Numbered from the stretch's first letter, positions 25,586 through 32,000 are shown. The stretch is DNA of 32,000 bases from Neisseria perflava (GCF_019334725.1 NZ_CP079818.1:137793-169792), one strand, 5' to 3'. Notes: a model not told the origin generated them from the letters alone. Program-made: numbers and translations.

Positions 25586-25781
25586 TCATCAATTCCCTTA
25601 CTAAAAGTCTTCCGCATTCATTTGCAGCGTTTTCAGCTTTGTTTTTTAAAGCTGGATAAGAAATAGGAAAGCAAAGGGTTTTGACACATTGAGATTCATC
25701 ATCTATATCCTTGAATACCTTGAGGATATACGCCTTTGGAAAAGATACTGGTTCTGGATTTACGGTGTAGAAAATAAGCAT
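25551..25781 (-). CDS. Hypothetical 76-aa phage protein upstream of Rep
   Basis: An ORF overlapping the Rep start by 35 nt. I recognise no family; coding status uncertain. Confidence 0.35.
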   Translation of the reverse strand: MLIFYTVNPEPVSFPKAYILKVFKDIDDESQCVKTLCFPISYPALKNKAENAANECGRLLVRELMNEECSREILGR

Positions 25782-25785
25782 GATT

Positions 25786-25818
25786 AAAGCCCCTTCACTG
25801 GCTTAGTTAAGGGGCTTT
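25786..25818. other. Hairpin AAAGCCCCTT - 13 nt - AAGGGGCTTT near the Rep-proximal prophage end
   Basis: 10 bp perfect inverted repeat, read directly. Confidence 0.8.
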
Positions 25819-25860
25819 ACAAGAATTAAGAATATGCGCCCCTGATGGAACGCAATATAT

Positions 25861-25889
25861 AAGGCCGTCTGAATGTTCAGACGGCCTTT
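25861..25889. terminator. Inverted AG-DUS pair hairpin followed by a + strand T-run (TTTTTATTTTT)
   Basis: AAGGCCGTCTGAA-TG-TTCAGACGGCCTT, then a T-rich tract on the + strand only. It lies 23 nt from the stop of the - strand lipoprotein gene. Confidence 0.75.
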
Positions 25890-25911
25890 TTATTTTTAAC
25901 CGAATAAAGGA

Positions 25912-26124
25912 TTAGTAGCGGGTATGAACCTGACTGCCGATAACGCCACCCAAAGCCGCGCCACCCAAGGTAGAACCGGTATCGCCACCAATCAAGTTAC
26001 CTGCCACGCCACCCAATACCGCACCAGCAGCAGTGTTGCGTTGGGTTTGGGTCATATTGGCACATGCACCCAAAGAAGCGGCCAGCATGATCAAGGTCAC
26101 AGTTTTTGCAAAAGTTTTCTTCAT
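25912..26124 (-). CDS. Glycine-zipper outer-membrane lipoprotein (SlyB/Pcp-like)
   Basis: MKKTFAKTVTLIMLAASLGAC lipobox (LGAC), then the glycine-zipper AAGAVLGGVAGNLIGGDTGSTLGGAALGGVIG. Start at ATG 26124 with GGAG RBS. Confidence 0.8.
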   Translation of the reverse strand: MKKTFAKTVTLIMLAASLGACANMTQTQRNTAAGAVLGGVAGNLIGGDTGSTLGGAALGGVIGSQVHTRY

Positions 26125-26378
26125 GGTTTGATTCTCCATCAGGGGTTAAGCTGTATATGGAGCAGTATGGCACAACCTTTCATTAATATATTTTCTGATA
26201 AGTAAAGACAGATTAAACTAAGATAACGCCCTTGATGAACGGTTAACTTCAAAAACAAACGGAAATTCCAATAGAATATTTATAAAATTTAATATATTTG
26301 GCATAAAATTGCGCATACATCAACCGCATTCGGTAGTGATACAATGACGACTTGTCTGAATTACCGGAAACACCCGTC

Positions 26379-26828
26379 ATGAGTATCTACGCACTGGCAC
26401 ACATCATCCACGTTTATTGCGCGATTGCCTTTGTCGGCGGCGTATTTTTCGAAATGCTGGTTCTCTCCGTTTTGCACACCGGCCGCGTTTCGCGCGAATC
26501 GCGCCGCGAAGTCGAACGTGCCATGTCCTATCGTGCCGTCCGCGTAATGCCGCCTGTCGTCATTACCTTGTTCATCAGCGGCATCGTGATGGTGTACAAC
26601 CGCTACCTGCCGATACTTCACCACCCATTTGACAGCTCTTTCGGCATCATGCTGAGCATCAAAATCCTGTTGGCAATAAGCGTTTTGGTACATTTTGCCA
26701 TCGCCGTCGTCAAAATGGCACGGCACACCCTCACCGTCGGCTGGTCGAAATACATACACGCCGTCGTATTCAGCCATATGCTGTTTATCGTCTTTTTTGC
26801 CAAGGCGATGTTCTACCTGTCTTGGTAA
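26379..26828 (+). CDS. Small integral membrane protein (4 TM, His-rich helices), unknown function
   Basis: 149 aa from ATG 26379 (the track start at 26352 is TTG), with four hydrophobic segments. It is followed 33 nt later by the TerC-family gene. Confidence 0.6.
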   Translation: MSIYALAHIIHVYCAIAFVGGVFFEMLVLSVLHTGRVSRESRREVERAMSYRAVRVMPPVVITLFISGIVMVYNRYLPILHHPFDSSFGIMLSIKILLAISVLVHFAIAVVKMARHTLTVGWSKYIHAVVFSHMLFIVFFAKAMFYLSW

Positions 26829-26861
26829 ACCTTACCCATACCCCACACACAAGGATTGTTT

Positions 26862-27836
26862 ATGACCCAATACCCGTCCGTCGGCTCGCCGATGTTTTAC
26901 GGCATCTTCTTTATTGCCGTCTCAATCATGATCGCCATCGATATGGTATCGCTGAAAAAAAACGGCGCCCACAAAGTCAGCATAAAAGAAGCCCTCGCCT
27001 GGAGCGGCATTTGGGTGGCCGTATCCTGCACGTTTGCAGGCTGGCTCTATTTTGAACTGGCGGGCAACCCGACTTACGGGGCCGTTGTCGCCAAAGAAAA
27101 AGTCCTCGAATTCTTCACCGGCTATGTACTCGAAAAATCCCTTGCCGTCGATAACATCTTCGTTTTCCTGATGATTTTCGGCTACTTCAAAGTAGAACCC
27201 AAATTCCAACACCGCGTCTTACTCTATGGCGTATTCGGCGCCATCGTCCTGCGCGCCATCATGATCTTCATCGGCGCAGCCTTGGTACAACAATTTGAAT
27301 GGATTTTGTACCTCTTCGGCGCATTCCTCTTATACACCGGCATTCACATGATGAAGCCCGAAGCCGAAGTTGAGGAAGACCTTTCCCAAAACAAGATCCT
27401 AACCCTGCTCAAAAAAGTCATCCCGACCAGCCAACAGTTTGACGGTGAAAAATTCTTTACCATCGAGAACGGCAAACGTATCGCTACGCCGCTTTTGCTG
27501 GTATTGATTATGATCGAATTGAGCGACATCATCTTCGCCGTGGACAGCATCCCTGCTATTTTCGCCGTAACCACTGACCCTTTCATCGTCCTCACTTCCA
27601 ACATTTTTGCCATTTTGGGCCTGCGTGCCATGTACTTCTTACTGGCAGACTTTGCCGAACGCTTTATTTTCCTCAAATACGGCTTGGCTTTCGTGTTGAG
27701 CTTTATCGGTATCAAGATGCTGATTATGCACTGGGTACATATCCCGATTTCCATTTCCCTGTCCGTCGTCTTCGGCGCACTGGGCGCGTCCATCCTGACT
27801 TCTTTGGTGTACACGCGTCAGCAAGAGAAAAAATAA
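26862..27836 (+). CDS. TerC-family integral membrane protein (Alx-like)
   Basis: GYVLEKSLAVDNIFVFLMIF and ELSDIIFAVDSIPAIFAVT are the duplicated TerC motifs. ATG 26862 is preceded by AAGGA. Confidence 0.85.
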   Translation: MTQYPSVGSPMFYGIFFIAVSIMIAIDMVSLKKNGAHKVSIKEALAWSGIWVAVSCTFAGWLYFELAGNPTYGAVVAKEKVLEFFTGYVLEKSLAVDNIFVFLMIFGYFKVEPKFQHRVLLYGVFGAIVLRAIMIFIGAALVQQFEWILYLFGAFLLYTGIHMMKPEAEVEEDLSQNKILTLLKKVIPTSQQFDGEKFFTIENGKRIATPLLLVLIMIELSDIIFAVDSIPAIFAVTTDPFIVLTSNIFAILGLRAMYFLLADFAERFIFLKYGLAFVLSFIGIKMLIMHWVHIPISISLSVVFGALGASILTSLVYTRQQEKK

Positions 27837-27848
27837 TCTGCCGATATA

Positions 27849-27881
27849 AAAAGGCCGTCTGAACATTTCAGACGGCCTTTT
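27849..27881. terminator. Inverted AG-DUS pair hairpin between the convergent TerC and lipoprotein genes
   Basis: AAAAGGCCGTCTGAA-CAT-TTCAGACGGCCTTTT. Confidence 0.75.
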
Positions 27882-27899
27882 CAAATATCAAACACCAGC

Positions 27900-28298
27900 T
27901 TATTTAGCAGCGTCTTTCAATTTGTCGGCAGCTTCTTGAGTCGCATCGGCTGCTTTACCCATAGCGTCTTTAGCTGCGTCTTTGGCAGCATCCTTAGCAT
28001 CAGAAACAGCTTCTTTAGCTTCTTCAACCGCTTTACCGGCAGCATCTTTAGCGTCAGAAACTGCTTTATCCGCAGTTGCTTTAGCATCTGCAGCAGCGTC
28101 TTTAACATCAGAAACAGCTTGCTCAGCCGCACCTTTGGCTTCAGAAGCAGCAGCATCAACAGCAGAAGCTGCATTTTCAGCAGCAGCGTTTACATCGGAA
28201 GCAACAGCAGAAGCCGCCTCTTGGGTTTCTTTTTTCGCTTCTTGTGTACACGCCGCCAAGCCGGCTACCATCATTGCAGCAATCAATAATTTTTTCAT
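27900..28298 (-). CDS. Alanine/lysine/aspartate-rich repeat lipoprotein, Ag473 (NMB1468)-like
   Basis: MKKLLIAAMMVAGLAAC lipobox, then amphipathic A/D/K/E repeats ending ...KAADATQEAADKLKDAAK. The N- and C-termini closely resemble my recollection of meningococcal Ag473. Start at ATG 28298 (AAAGGA RBS). Confidence 0.7.
   Translation of the reverse strand: MKKLLIAAMMVAGLAACTQEAKKETQEAASAVASDVNAAAENAASAVDAAASEAKGAAEQAVSDVKDAAADAKATADKAVSDAKDAAGKAVEEAKEAVSDAKDAAKDAAKDAMGKAADATQEAADKLKDAAK
27984..28118 (-). repeat. In-frame 54-nt (18-aa) imperfect tandem repeats inside the lipoprotein gene
   Basis: GGCAGCATCCTTAGCATCAGAAACAGC (27984), GGCAGCATCTTTAGCGTCAGAAACTGC (28038) and GCAGCGTCTTTAACATCAGAAACAGC (28093) are spaced 54-55 nt apart. 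The protein units are AVSD(V/A)KDAA.... Confidence 0.75.
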
Positions 28299-28439
28299 GT
28301 TGTATATCCTTTGGTCTAAAAAATATCCGTCAAAACTGACAGACCCAAAAATCATAACATAATAAATGCTCAAAAAAGGAAGAATTAACGCCAAATAACA
28401 GCCAATTTACGTTTTTTGAAAAAAATTTCAAAAAAATAG

Positions 28440-28468
28440 TTGACGAAAAGAAACAAGTTCCCTATAAT
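28440..28468 (+). promoter_or_regulatory. Near-consensus sigma70 promoter of tRNA-Lys
   Basis: TTGACG (28440-28445), 17 nt spacer, TATAAT (28463-28468), 12 nt before the tRNA 5' end. Confidence 0.75.
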
Positions 28469-28480
28469 GCACAGCTTATC

Positions 28481-28556
28481 GGGTCGTTAGCTCAGTCGGT
28501 AGAGCAGCGGACTTTTAATCCGTTGGTCGAGCGTTCGAATCGCTCACGACCCACCA
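28481..28556 (+). tRNA. tRNA-Lys (anticodon UUU), CCA encoded
   Basis: GGGTCGTTAGCTCAGTCGGTAGAGCAGCGGACTTTTAATCCGTTGGTCGAGCGTTCGAATCGCTCACGACCCACCA. Acceptor stem GGGTCGT/ACGACCC, anticodon loop CTTTTAA, T-arm GAGCG-TTCGAAT-CGCTC. It is nearly identical in layout to E. coli tRNA-Lys. Confidence 0.95.
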
Positions 28557-28564
28557 CTTTTCCT

Positions 28565-28594
28565 AAGCCTAAACAATTGTTTAGGCTTTTTTCT
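28565..28594. terminator. 24 bp perfect palindrome AAGCCTAAACAA|TTGTTTAGGCTT plus T-run, terminator after tRNA-Lys
   Basis: Read directly. The T-run TTTTCTT overlaps the integrase stop codon (28594-28596). Confidence 0.8.
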
Positions 28595-29622
28595 TAGCCA
28601 CCGCCTATATTGGGGTGTGCCTGTTTTGTGTCGAAACCAAGACCGACACTGTCTAATATAGCCGCGTGTCCGTGCAAATGTTCGGGGGCTAGATGGGCAT
28701 ACTTCTGAACCATCCCGACATTTTCCCAACCACCCATTTCCTGCAAAGCGGCGAGCGGAACTCCGGCTTGTACCAACCAACTTGCCCATGTATGCCTCAG
28801 ATCGTGCCATCTGAAATCAACAATGCCTGCCTGAGACAATGCGTTTTTCCAAATACGCGAGCTGATGCTTTTCACGGGTTTACCGTTTGGTAGAGTAAAA
28901 ACAAAAGATGGATGTTTGCCCATCCGTTTTTCCAATATACCGAGTGCCGTCTGATTCAGTGCAACGCCGATAGCGCGTCCTGCTTTGGCTTCGTCGGCCT
29001 CAATCCATGCCGTCTTGCGGCTTAGATTGATCTGCGACCACTTCAGCCCCAGTACATTGCGTTGCCGCAAGCCTGTCGCCAAGCTGAACACTGCCATATC
29101 AGCTAAATACTCCGGCAGGGCATCAATCAGCTTTTGGGCTTCTTCATGCTTCAGCCAACGGATACGGCGTTTGGCTTCACGATACAGTTTCAACTTAGGC
29201 ACATTGTCCAGCCAGCCCCATTCTTTTTCCGCCTTATTCAAAATCGATCGGATTAAGGCAAGATAGCGATTTTTGGTACTATCCGAACAAGTCATGCGGT
29301 TAATAGTCTGCATGATGAAATCACGGCTCATATGGTGCAAGAAGATACCTCTGAAATGAACTAAACAGCGCAAACGGCTTATATCATCCCTGATGCTTTT
29401 CTTGTCCCCCATCTCTTCAATCCACCGAACTGCCGCTTCATCCCACAGTCGTTTCGGTTTTTCGTTGAAATTTTCCTGCTGCCACAATTCATGTTTCAGT
29501 TTGTCATGCAGCCTTTGGGCTTCATTTTTGTCTTTGGTGCGAGAAGATTGTCTAATTCTTTGACCGCTTTGCGTTGTGATGTCAATGTAATAGACGCCAT
29601 TTTCGCGTTTATAGATCGGCAT
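28594..29622 (-). CDS. int: Tyrosine recombinase / phage-type integrase
   Basis: MPIYKRENGVYYIDI N-terminus (SAM-like arm-binding type). Catalytic region ...LATGLRQRNVLGLKW...HDLRHTWASWLVQAGVPLAALQEMGGWENVGMVQKYAHL (R, HxxR, Y); 342 aa. Confidence 0.92.
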   Translation of the reverse strand: MPIYKRENGVYYIDITTQSGQRIRQSSRTKDKNEAQRLHDKLKHELWQQENFNEKPKRLWDEAAVRWIEEMGDKKSIRDDISRLRCLVHFRGIFLHHMSRDFIMQTINRMTCSDSTKNRYLALIRSILNKAEKEWGWLDNVPKLKLYREAKRRIRWLKHEEAQKLIDALPEYLADMAVFSLATGLRQRNVLGLKWSQINLSRKTAWIEADEAKAGRAIGVALNQTALGILEKRMGKHPSFVFTLPNGKPVKSISSRIWKNALSQAGIVDFRWHDLRHTWASWLVQAGVPLAALQEMGGWENVGMVQKYAHLAPEHLHGHAAILDSVGLGFDTKQAHPNIGGG

Positions 29623-29825
29623 TTTTGTTCACTCCTACTTTCGAGTGAAGCCAGCATTCGCGCATTTTCCAGTTCGTTTATAAATGCGTCAAGTGCGGGC
29701 TGCGTGATACAGTATTTCCGTCCGGGCATGGAGGCTGCCAAACGGCCGGAGCGGATATGTTCCCGTATAGTTTCGGGATGGCATTTGCAGTATTGAGCCG
29801 CTTCTTTCACGTCATATGTCTTCAT
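29496..29825 (-). CDS. Excisionase/AlpA-like helix-turn-helix DNA-binding protein
   Basis: MKTYDVKEAAQYCKCHPETIREHIRSGRLAASMPGRKYCITQPALDAFI matches the MerR-superfamily excisionase HTH layout. It is directly upstream of int. The 3' 127 nt overlap int in another frame, so the C-terminal extent is uncertain. Confidence 0.65.
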   Translation of the reverse strand: MKTYDVKEAAQYCKCHPETIREHIRSGRLAASMPGRKYCITQPALDAFINELENARMLASLESRSEQKCRSINAKMASITLTSQRKAVKELDNLLAPKTKMKPKGCMTN

Positions 29826-29828
29826 GGA

Positions 29829-30083
29829 TTACCTCGATATTTCATAAACCGTGTAGGGCGCGTTTTCCTGTAGTAGCGACAGCCGTCTAACTGCCGCATA
29901 TCGCTTGATACGGGATTCCAACACTAAAAAGTTGTTTCGGTCGATATAAAACAGCAGGCAGAGATAACCCTGCCTGTCTGCTTCGAGTGGAACGAGACGG
30001 AAGTGAGGAAACTGTTCATCCTTTGGATTAAACAGGGCGCTTACTTTTACGGTAACAACTTCTACACTCTTCTCTATCAGCAT
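29829..30083 (-). CDS. Hypothetical 84-aa island protein
   Basis: ORF from ATG 30083 (MLIEKSVEVVTVKV...), 3 nt from the downstream Xis-like start. I recognise no family. Confidence 0.4.
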   Translation of the reverse strand: MLIEKSVEVVTVKVSALFNPKDEQFPHFRLVPLEADRQGYLCLLFYIDRNNFLVLESRIKRYAAVRRLSLLQENAPYTVYEISR

Positions 30084-30091
30084 AAAGTTCC

Positions 30092-30526
30092 CTAAACAAA
30101 TTTCAGAACAAGTATGGAACAGAAGAAAATCAGTGCCGCAACTAACCATGACCGGTTTATCTTCGTTGTTACTTCGTCAAGGTATCCCTTCATTTGTTTG
30201 TCAATTTTGGCTTGGATTGAGGCGTACAACTTGCCTTCACTTTCAGCTAGCTCTTTACCATACCCTGCTAGAAGATCTGCCATAATCTGTTCACGATAAG
30301 TCTTCAAATCTTCAGCAATTTGAACTGCCGTTTTCAACGGTTCTTCGATTTCTGAAGTAATTCCGTCAAAATCCTCACAAGTACGGTTACGTTGTTCTTC
30401 AAACAAGGCTTTCAACCGGCTTTCCTGTACCAACAGAATAGCAATAACCGGGTCGTCTGCTGTAAGTTTGATACCTGAAACCCGGAACACGTCGGCAATA
30501 ATGGCATCTACTTCTGCTTTTCCCAT
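30092..30526 (-). CDS. TraM-like protein (IncP Tra1 leader-operon type), C-terminal membrane anchor
   Basis: 144 aa (RP4 TraM is about 145 aa). N-terminal ...SGIKLTADDPVIAILLVQES resembles the RP4 TraM ...GIAVGRDDPILILQTINA segment as I recall it. It has a C-terminal TM and follows the TraL-like gene with a 1 nt gap, as traL-traM do in IncP plasmids. Confidence 0.5.
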   Translation of the reverse strand: MGKAEVDAIIADVFRVSGIKLTADDPVIAILLVQESRLKALFEEQRNRTCEDFDGITSEIEEPLKTAVQIAEDLKTYREQIMADLLAGYGKELAESEGKLYASIQAKIDKQMKGYLDEVTTKINRSWLVAALIFFCSILVLKFV

Positions 30527-30527
30527 A

Positions 30528-31286
30528 TCATGCCTCTGATTTTTCCGGTTGGCGTTGAGTAGCCAAAAACTCTATTTGATCCAGTTGTTCATACAACTCA
30601 CGCTGTACCGTACGCAGACGTTGGCGAGGCATCAAGCCAAATTCACCTGAAGTTTGTGCTTCAGTTAAAGTCAGGTTTTTGGTTGTCATTTCCTTTATAT
30701 CTGCACCAAACGTATCAGGGTTGCGATGTGAAATATGTACCACGCCGATAATACGATCCTTGTATTGCTTATAAACACCAAATTCTTCAAACGGTTTATC
30801 TTTAGTTACCACACCTTGAAAGTCGTTAAGCCAAATAACCACTTCAGCCTGTAAAGCATTTAACGTTTGCACCAAACCTGTAATACAGTCATCAAGAGCC
30901 TGTCCACCTACAAGTGGTACATGAATAATCATGCGGATACCGTTTTCGGCCAAGAAGGATGGTACTTCGTTTTCTGCCATATAAGACATCAATGGCACAA
31001 AAGTAGCAGCCCCGTTGTCAATGACAGCAATACCTTCCTCGTTTACCAGCTTCTCAATCAATCCATCAAAATAGCGGGAATCAATATTATTACTGTCATT
31101 TAAAATATCGATTACTTCAGGATTTAACGCCGAGAAACGGCTAAAAGAAGGATTTACGGGATCAGTATCAAAGCAATGCAGTTGCTCTCCACTGGCTTTT
31201 GCTTTGAGGTAGTCACCTAAAAAACTTGCAATCGTTGATTTACCAACGCCGCCTTTACCTTGTGCAATAAAATGGACTTCTTTCAT
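30528..31286 (-). CDS. TraL-like ParA/MinD-superfamily P-loop protein (IncP conjugative transfer leader operon type)
   Basis: MKEVHFIAQGKGGVGKST... DTDPVNPSF ... VIDNGAATFVPLMSY...NEVPSFLAENG...IHVPLVGGQALDDCITGL ... MPRQRLRTVQRELYEQLD parallels RP4 TraL (QGKGGVGKS, DTDPVN, IDNGASSFVPL, GGQALLDT, MTRQRLKIV...LFEQLD, from memory). Start at ATG 31286. Confidence 0.7.
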   Translation of the reverse strand: MKEVHFIAQGKGGVGKSTIASFLGDYLKAKASGEQLHCFDTDPVNPSFSRFSALNPEVIDILNDSNNIDSRYFDGLIEKLVNEEGIAVIDNGAATFVPLMSYMAENEVPSFLAENGIRMIIHVPLVGGQALDDCITGLVQTLNALQAEVVIWLNDFQGVVTKDKPFEEFGVYKQYKDRIIGVVHISHRNPDTFGADIKEMTTKNLTLTEAQTSGEFGLMPRQRLRTVQRELYEQLDQIEFLATQRQPEKSEA

Positions 31287-31361
31287 GGCATAACCTTTCG
31301 TTTGTTCAAATGATTTTTTACAAAAAGAAACCTGCTCGTCCCTGAACAAGTTTGTGTTTGT

Positions 31362-31391
31362 AAAAAAAGCAGCCCTATATAGCAGGGCTGC
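31362..31391 (-). terminator. Rho-independent terminator after the TrbM-like gene
   Basis: The - strand reads GCAGCCCT-GCTATAT-AGGGCTGC followed by TTTTTTT. Confidence 0.75.
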
Positions 31392-31436
31392 CGAAGCTGC
31401 TAAACATTTATGCCTATGTAGAGCAGGAGTGAAGAT

Positions 31437-31988
31437 TTAACGAATATCTACCCAGCGACCACCATTCTTCTCTTCGCCGACATATCGTACTTTATCGCCC
31501 GCAGTCGTCCATCCGTGGTCGTAATAAGCCTTGCAGTATTCCGGTTTATCAGGTCTGACGTAAAACTTTTTAACCATCTGGCAATTTTCATCAGACGTAT
31601 ATTGTCGGCCAAAACGATATTTGTTTTTTTGTTCGCATACCTTCTCAAACCTTGAATAACGCATCATGCGGTTCAACTCTTGAGCATCACACCGGCCAGC
31701 TCCATTTGCAATTGCATCAACCAAACCCGACATTTCGGCACTTTCCGAACTACTCGGACACATTTTTAAAAAGTTACGACGCGCCTTGATCGTATTGCCC
31801 AATTTTTTGTGGCGAATCGAAAAATATCGTCTAATAGAAGACGCACATTCGCTTGGACGATCACCTGATGACAGACATAAAATTGCCTCACACGCCAAGC
31901 GCGTATCGCCTGTAAGCACATCGTCAGCATAAGTCGCCGGCGCTGCTCCCAGTAACGCCGCAATTAACAAACCCAAAGATTTTTTCAT
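31437..31988 (-). CDS. trbM: TrbM-family conjugal transfer protein (periplasmic, signal peptide)
   Basis: MKKSLGLLIAALLGAAPATYA signal peptide, then DDVLTGDTRLACEAILCLSSGDRPSECASSIRRYFSI...ARRNFLKMCP...GAGRCDAQELN, very close to the conserved TrbM core (VLTGDTRLACEAILCLSSG...C) as I recall it from IncP-1 plasmids. Confidence 0.75.
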   Translation of the reverse strand: MKKSLGLLIAALLGAAPATYADDVLTGDTRLACEAILCLSSGDRPSECASSIRRYFSIRHKKLGNTIKARRNFLKMCPSSSESAEMSGLVDAIANGAGRCDAQELNRMMRYSRFEKVCEQKNKYRFGRQYTSDENCQMVKKFYVRPDKPEYCKAYYDHGWTTAGDKVRYVGEEKNGGRWVDIR

Positions 31989-32000
31989 ACACACACCTTT

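Larger units (their letters stand above)
18313..25860 (-). mobile_element. Nf/MDA-like filamentous (Inoviridae) prophage with IS110/Piv-family recombinase; boundaries approximate
   Basis: Canonical inovirus gene order on the - strand: rolling-circle Rep, small ssDNA-binding-size protein, small proteins, signal-peptide major coat, pIII-like adsorption protein, pVI-like, Zot/pI ATPase. A DEDD recombinase gene follows. G+C is lower than the flanks and I saw no DUS in the structural genes. It lies between oxyR and a + strand-type DUS terminator at 25861. Confidence 0.75.
28557..32000. mobile_element. Left end of a tRNA-Lys-integrated genomic island / integrative (conjugative or mobilisable) element; continues beyond the window
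   Basis: A tyrosine integrase gene abuts the tRNA 3' end, followed by an Xis-like HTH and homologues of IncP TraM, TraL and TrbM. I saw no canonical DUS in these 3.4 kb. Confidence 0.75.

Noticed and set aside
26140-26861. yybP-ykoY (Mn2+) riboswitch, which often precedes TerC-family genes
   Set aside because: There is no GGGGAGTAG / TTGACA-type conserved core upstream of either the 149-aa membrane protein gene or the TerC gene. The TerC gene is only 33 nt from the preceding ORF.
27917-28362. Three overlapping alternative-frame ORFs across the Ag473-like gene
   Set aside because: They are artefacts of the repetitive GC[AT]-rich repeat DNA. Only the - frame starting at 28298 has a lipoprotein signal peptide and RBS.
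1-32000. CRISPR arrays, Correia elements (TATAGTGGATTAACAAAAATCAGGAC ends), rRNA genes
   Set aside because: I saw no regularly spaced direct repeats, no Correia terminal sequence and no rRNA-like segments while reading the window. The only regular repeats are the DUS pairs and the in-gene coding repeats reported above.

Overview
This is a Neisseriaceae chromosome segment. By eye, the 10-mer DNA uptake sequence GCCGTCTGAA/TTCAGACGGC occurs about 30 times. Most copies are the AG-DUS form AGGCCGTCTGAA, and many are inverted pairs that form intergenic terminators. That pattern suggests a commensal Neisseria of the AG-DUS dialect group rather than N. meningitidis or N. gonorrhoeae (inference). Backbone genes: hrpA (partial), rsfS, nadD, beta-carbonic anhydrase, a Nudix hydrolase, an orphan ABC ATPase, valS, zupT, dadA, an alanine/glycine:cation symporter, an ATP-grasp enzyme, a photolyase homologue, minCDE-oxyR, a glycine-zipper lipoprotein, a small membrane protein, a TerC-family protein, an Ag473-like repeat lipoprotein and tRNA-Lys(UUU). 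Three accessory insertions interrupt the backbone. (1) A lone AIPR-family abortive-infection gene (4404-6068) is bracketed by inverted copies of a non-native, Kingella-dialect uptake sequence and lies next to a dRS3 repeat. (2) A roughly 7.5 kb Nf/MDA-like filamentous (inovirus) prophage (about 18.3-25.86 kb) carries an IS110/Piv-family DEDD recombinase. It has structured non-coding DNA on both sides of the recombinase gene, an AT-rich replaced adsorption module and a duplicated coat-protein anchor. (3) The first 3.4 kb of an integrative element sits at the 3' end of tRNA-Lys (tyrosine integrase, Xis-like HTH, IncP-like TraM/TraL/TrbM homologues) and runs off the right edge. I saw no rRNA and no CRISPR array. 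All homology statements come from reading the translations and from memory of the families; no search was run.
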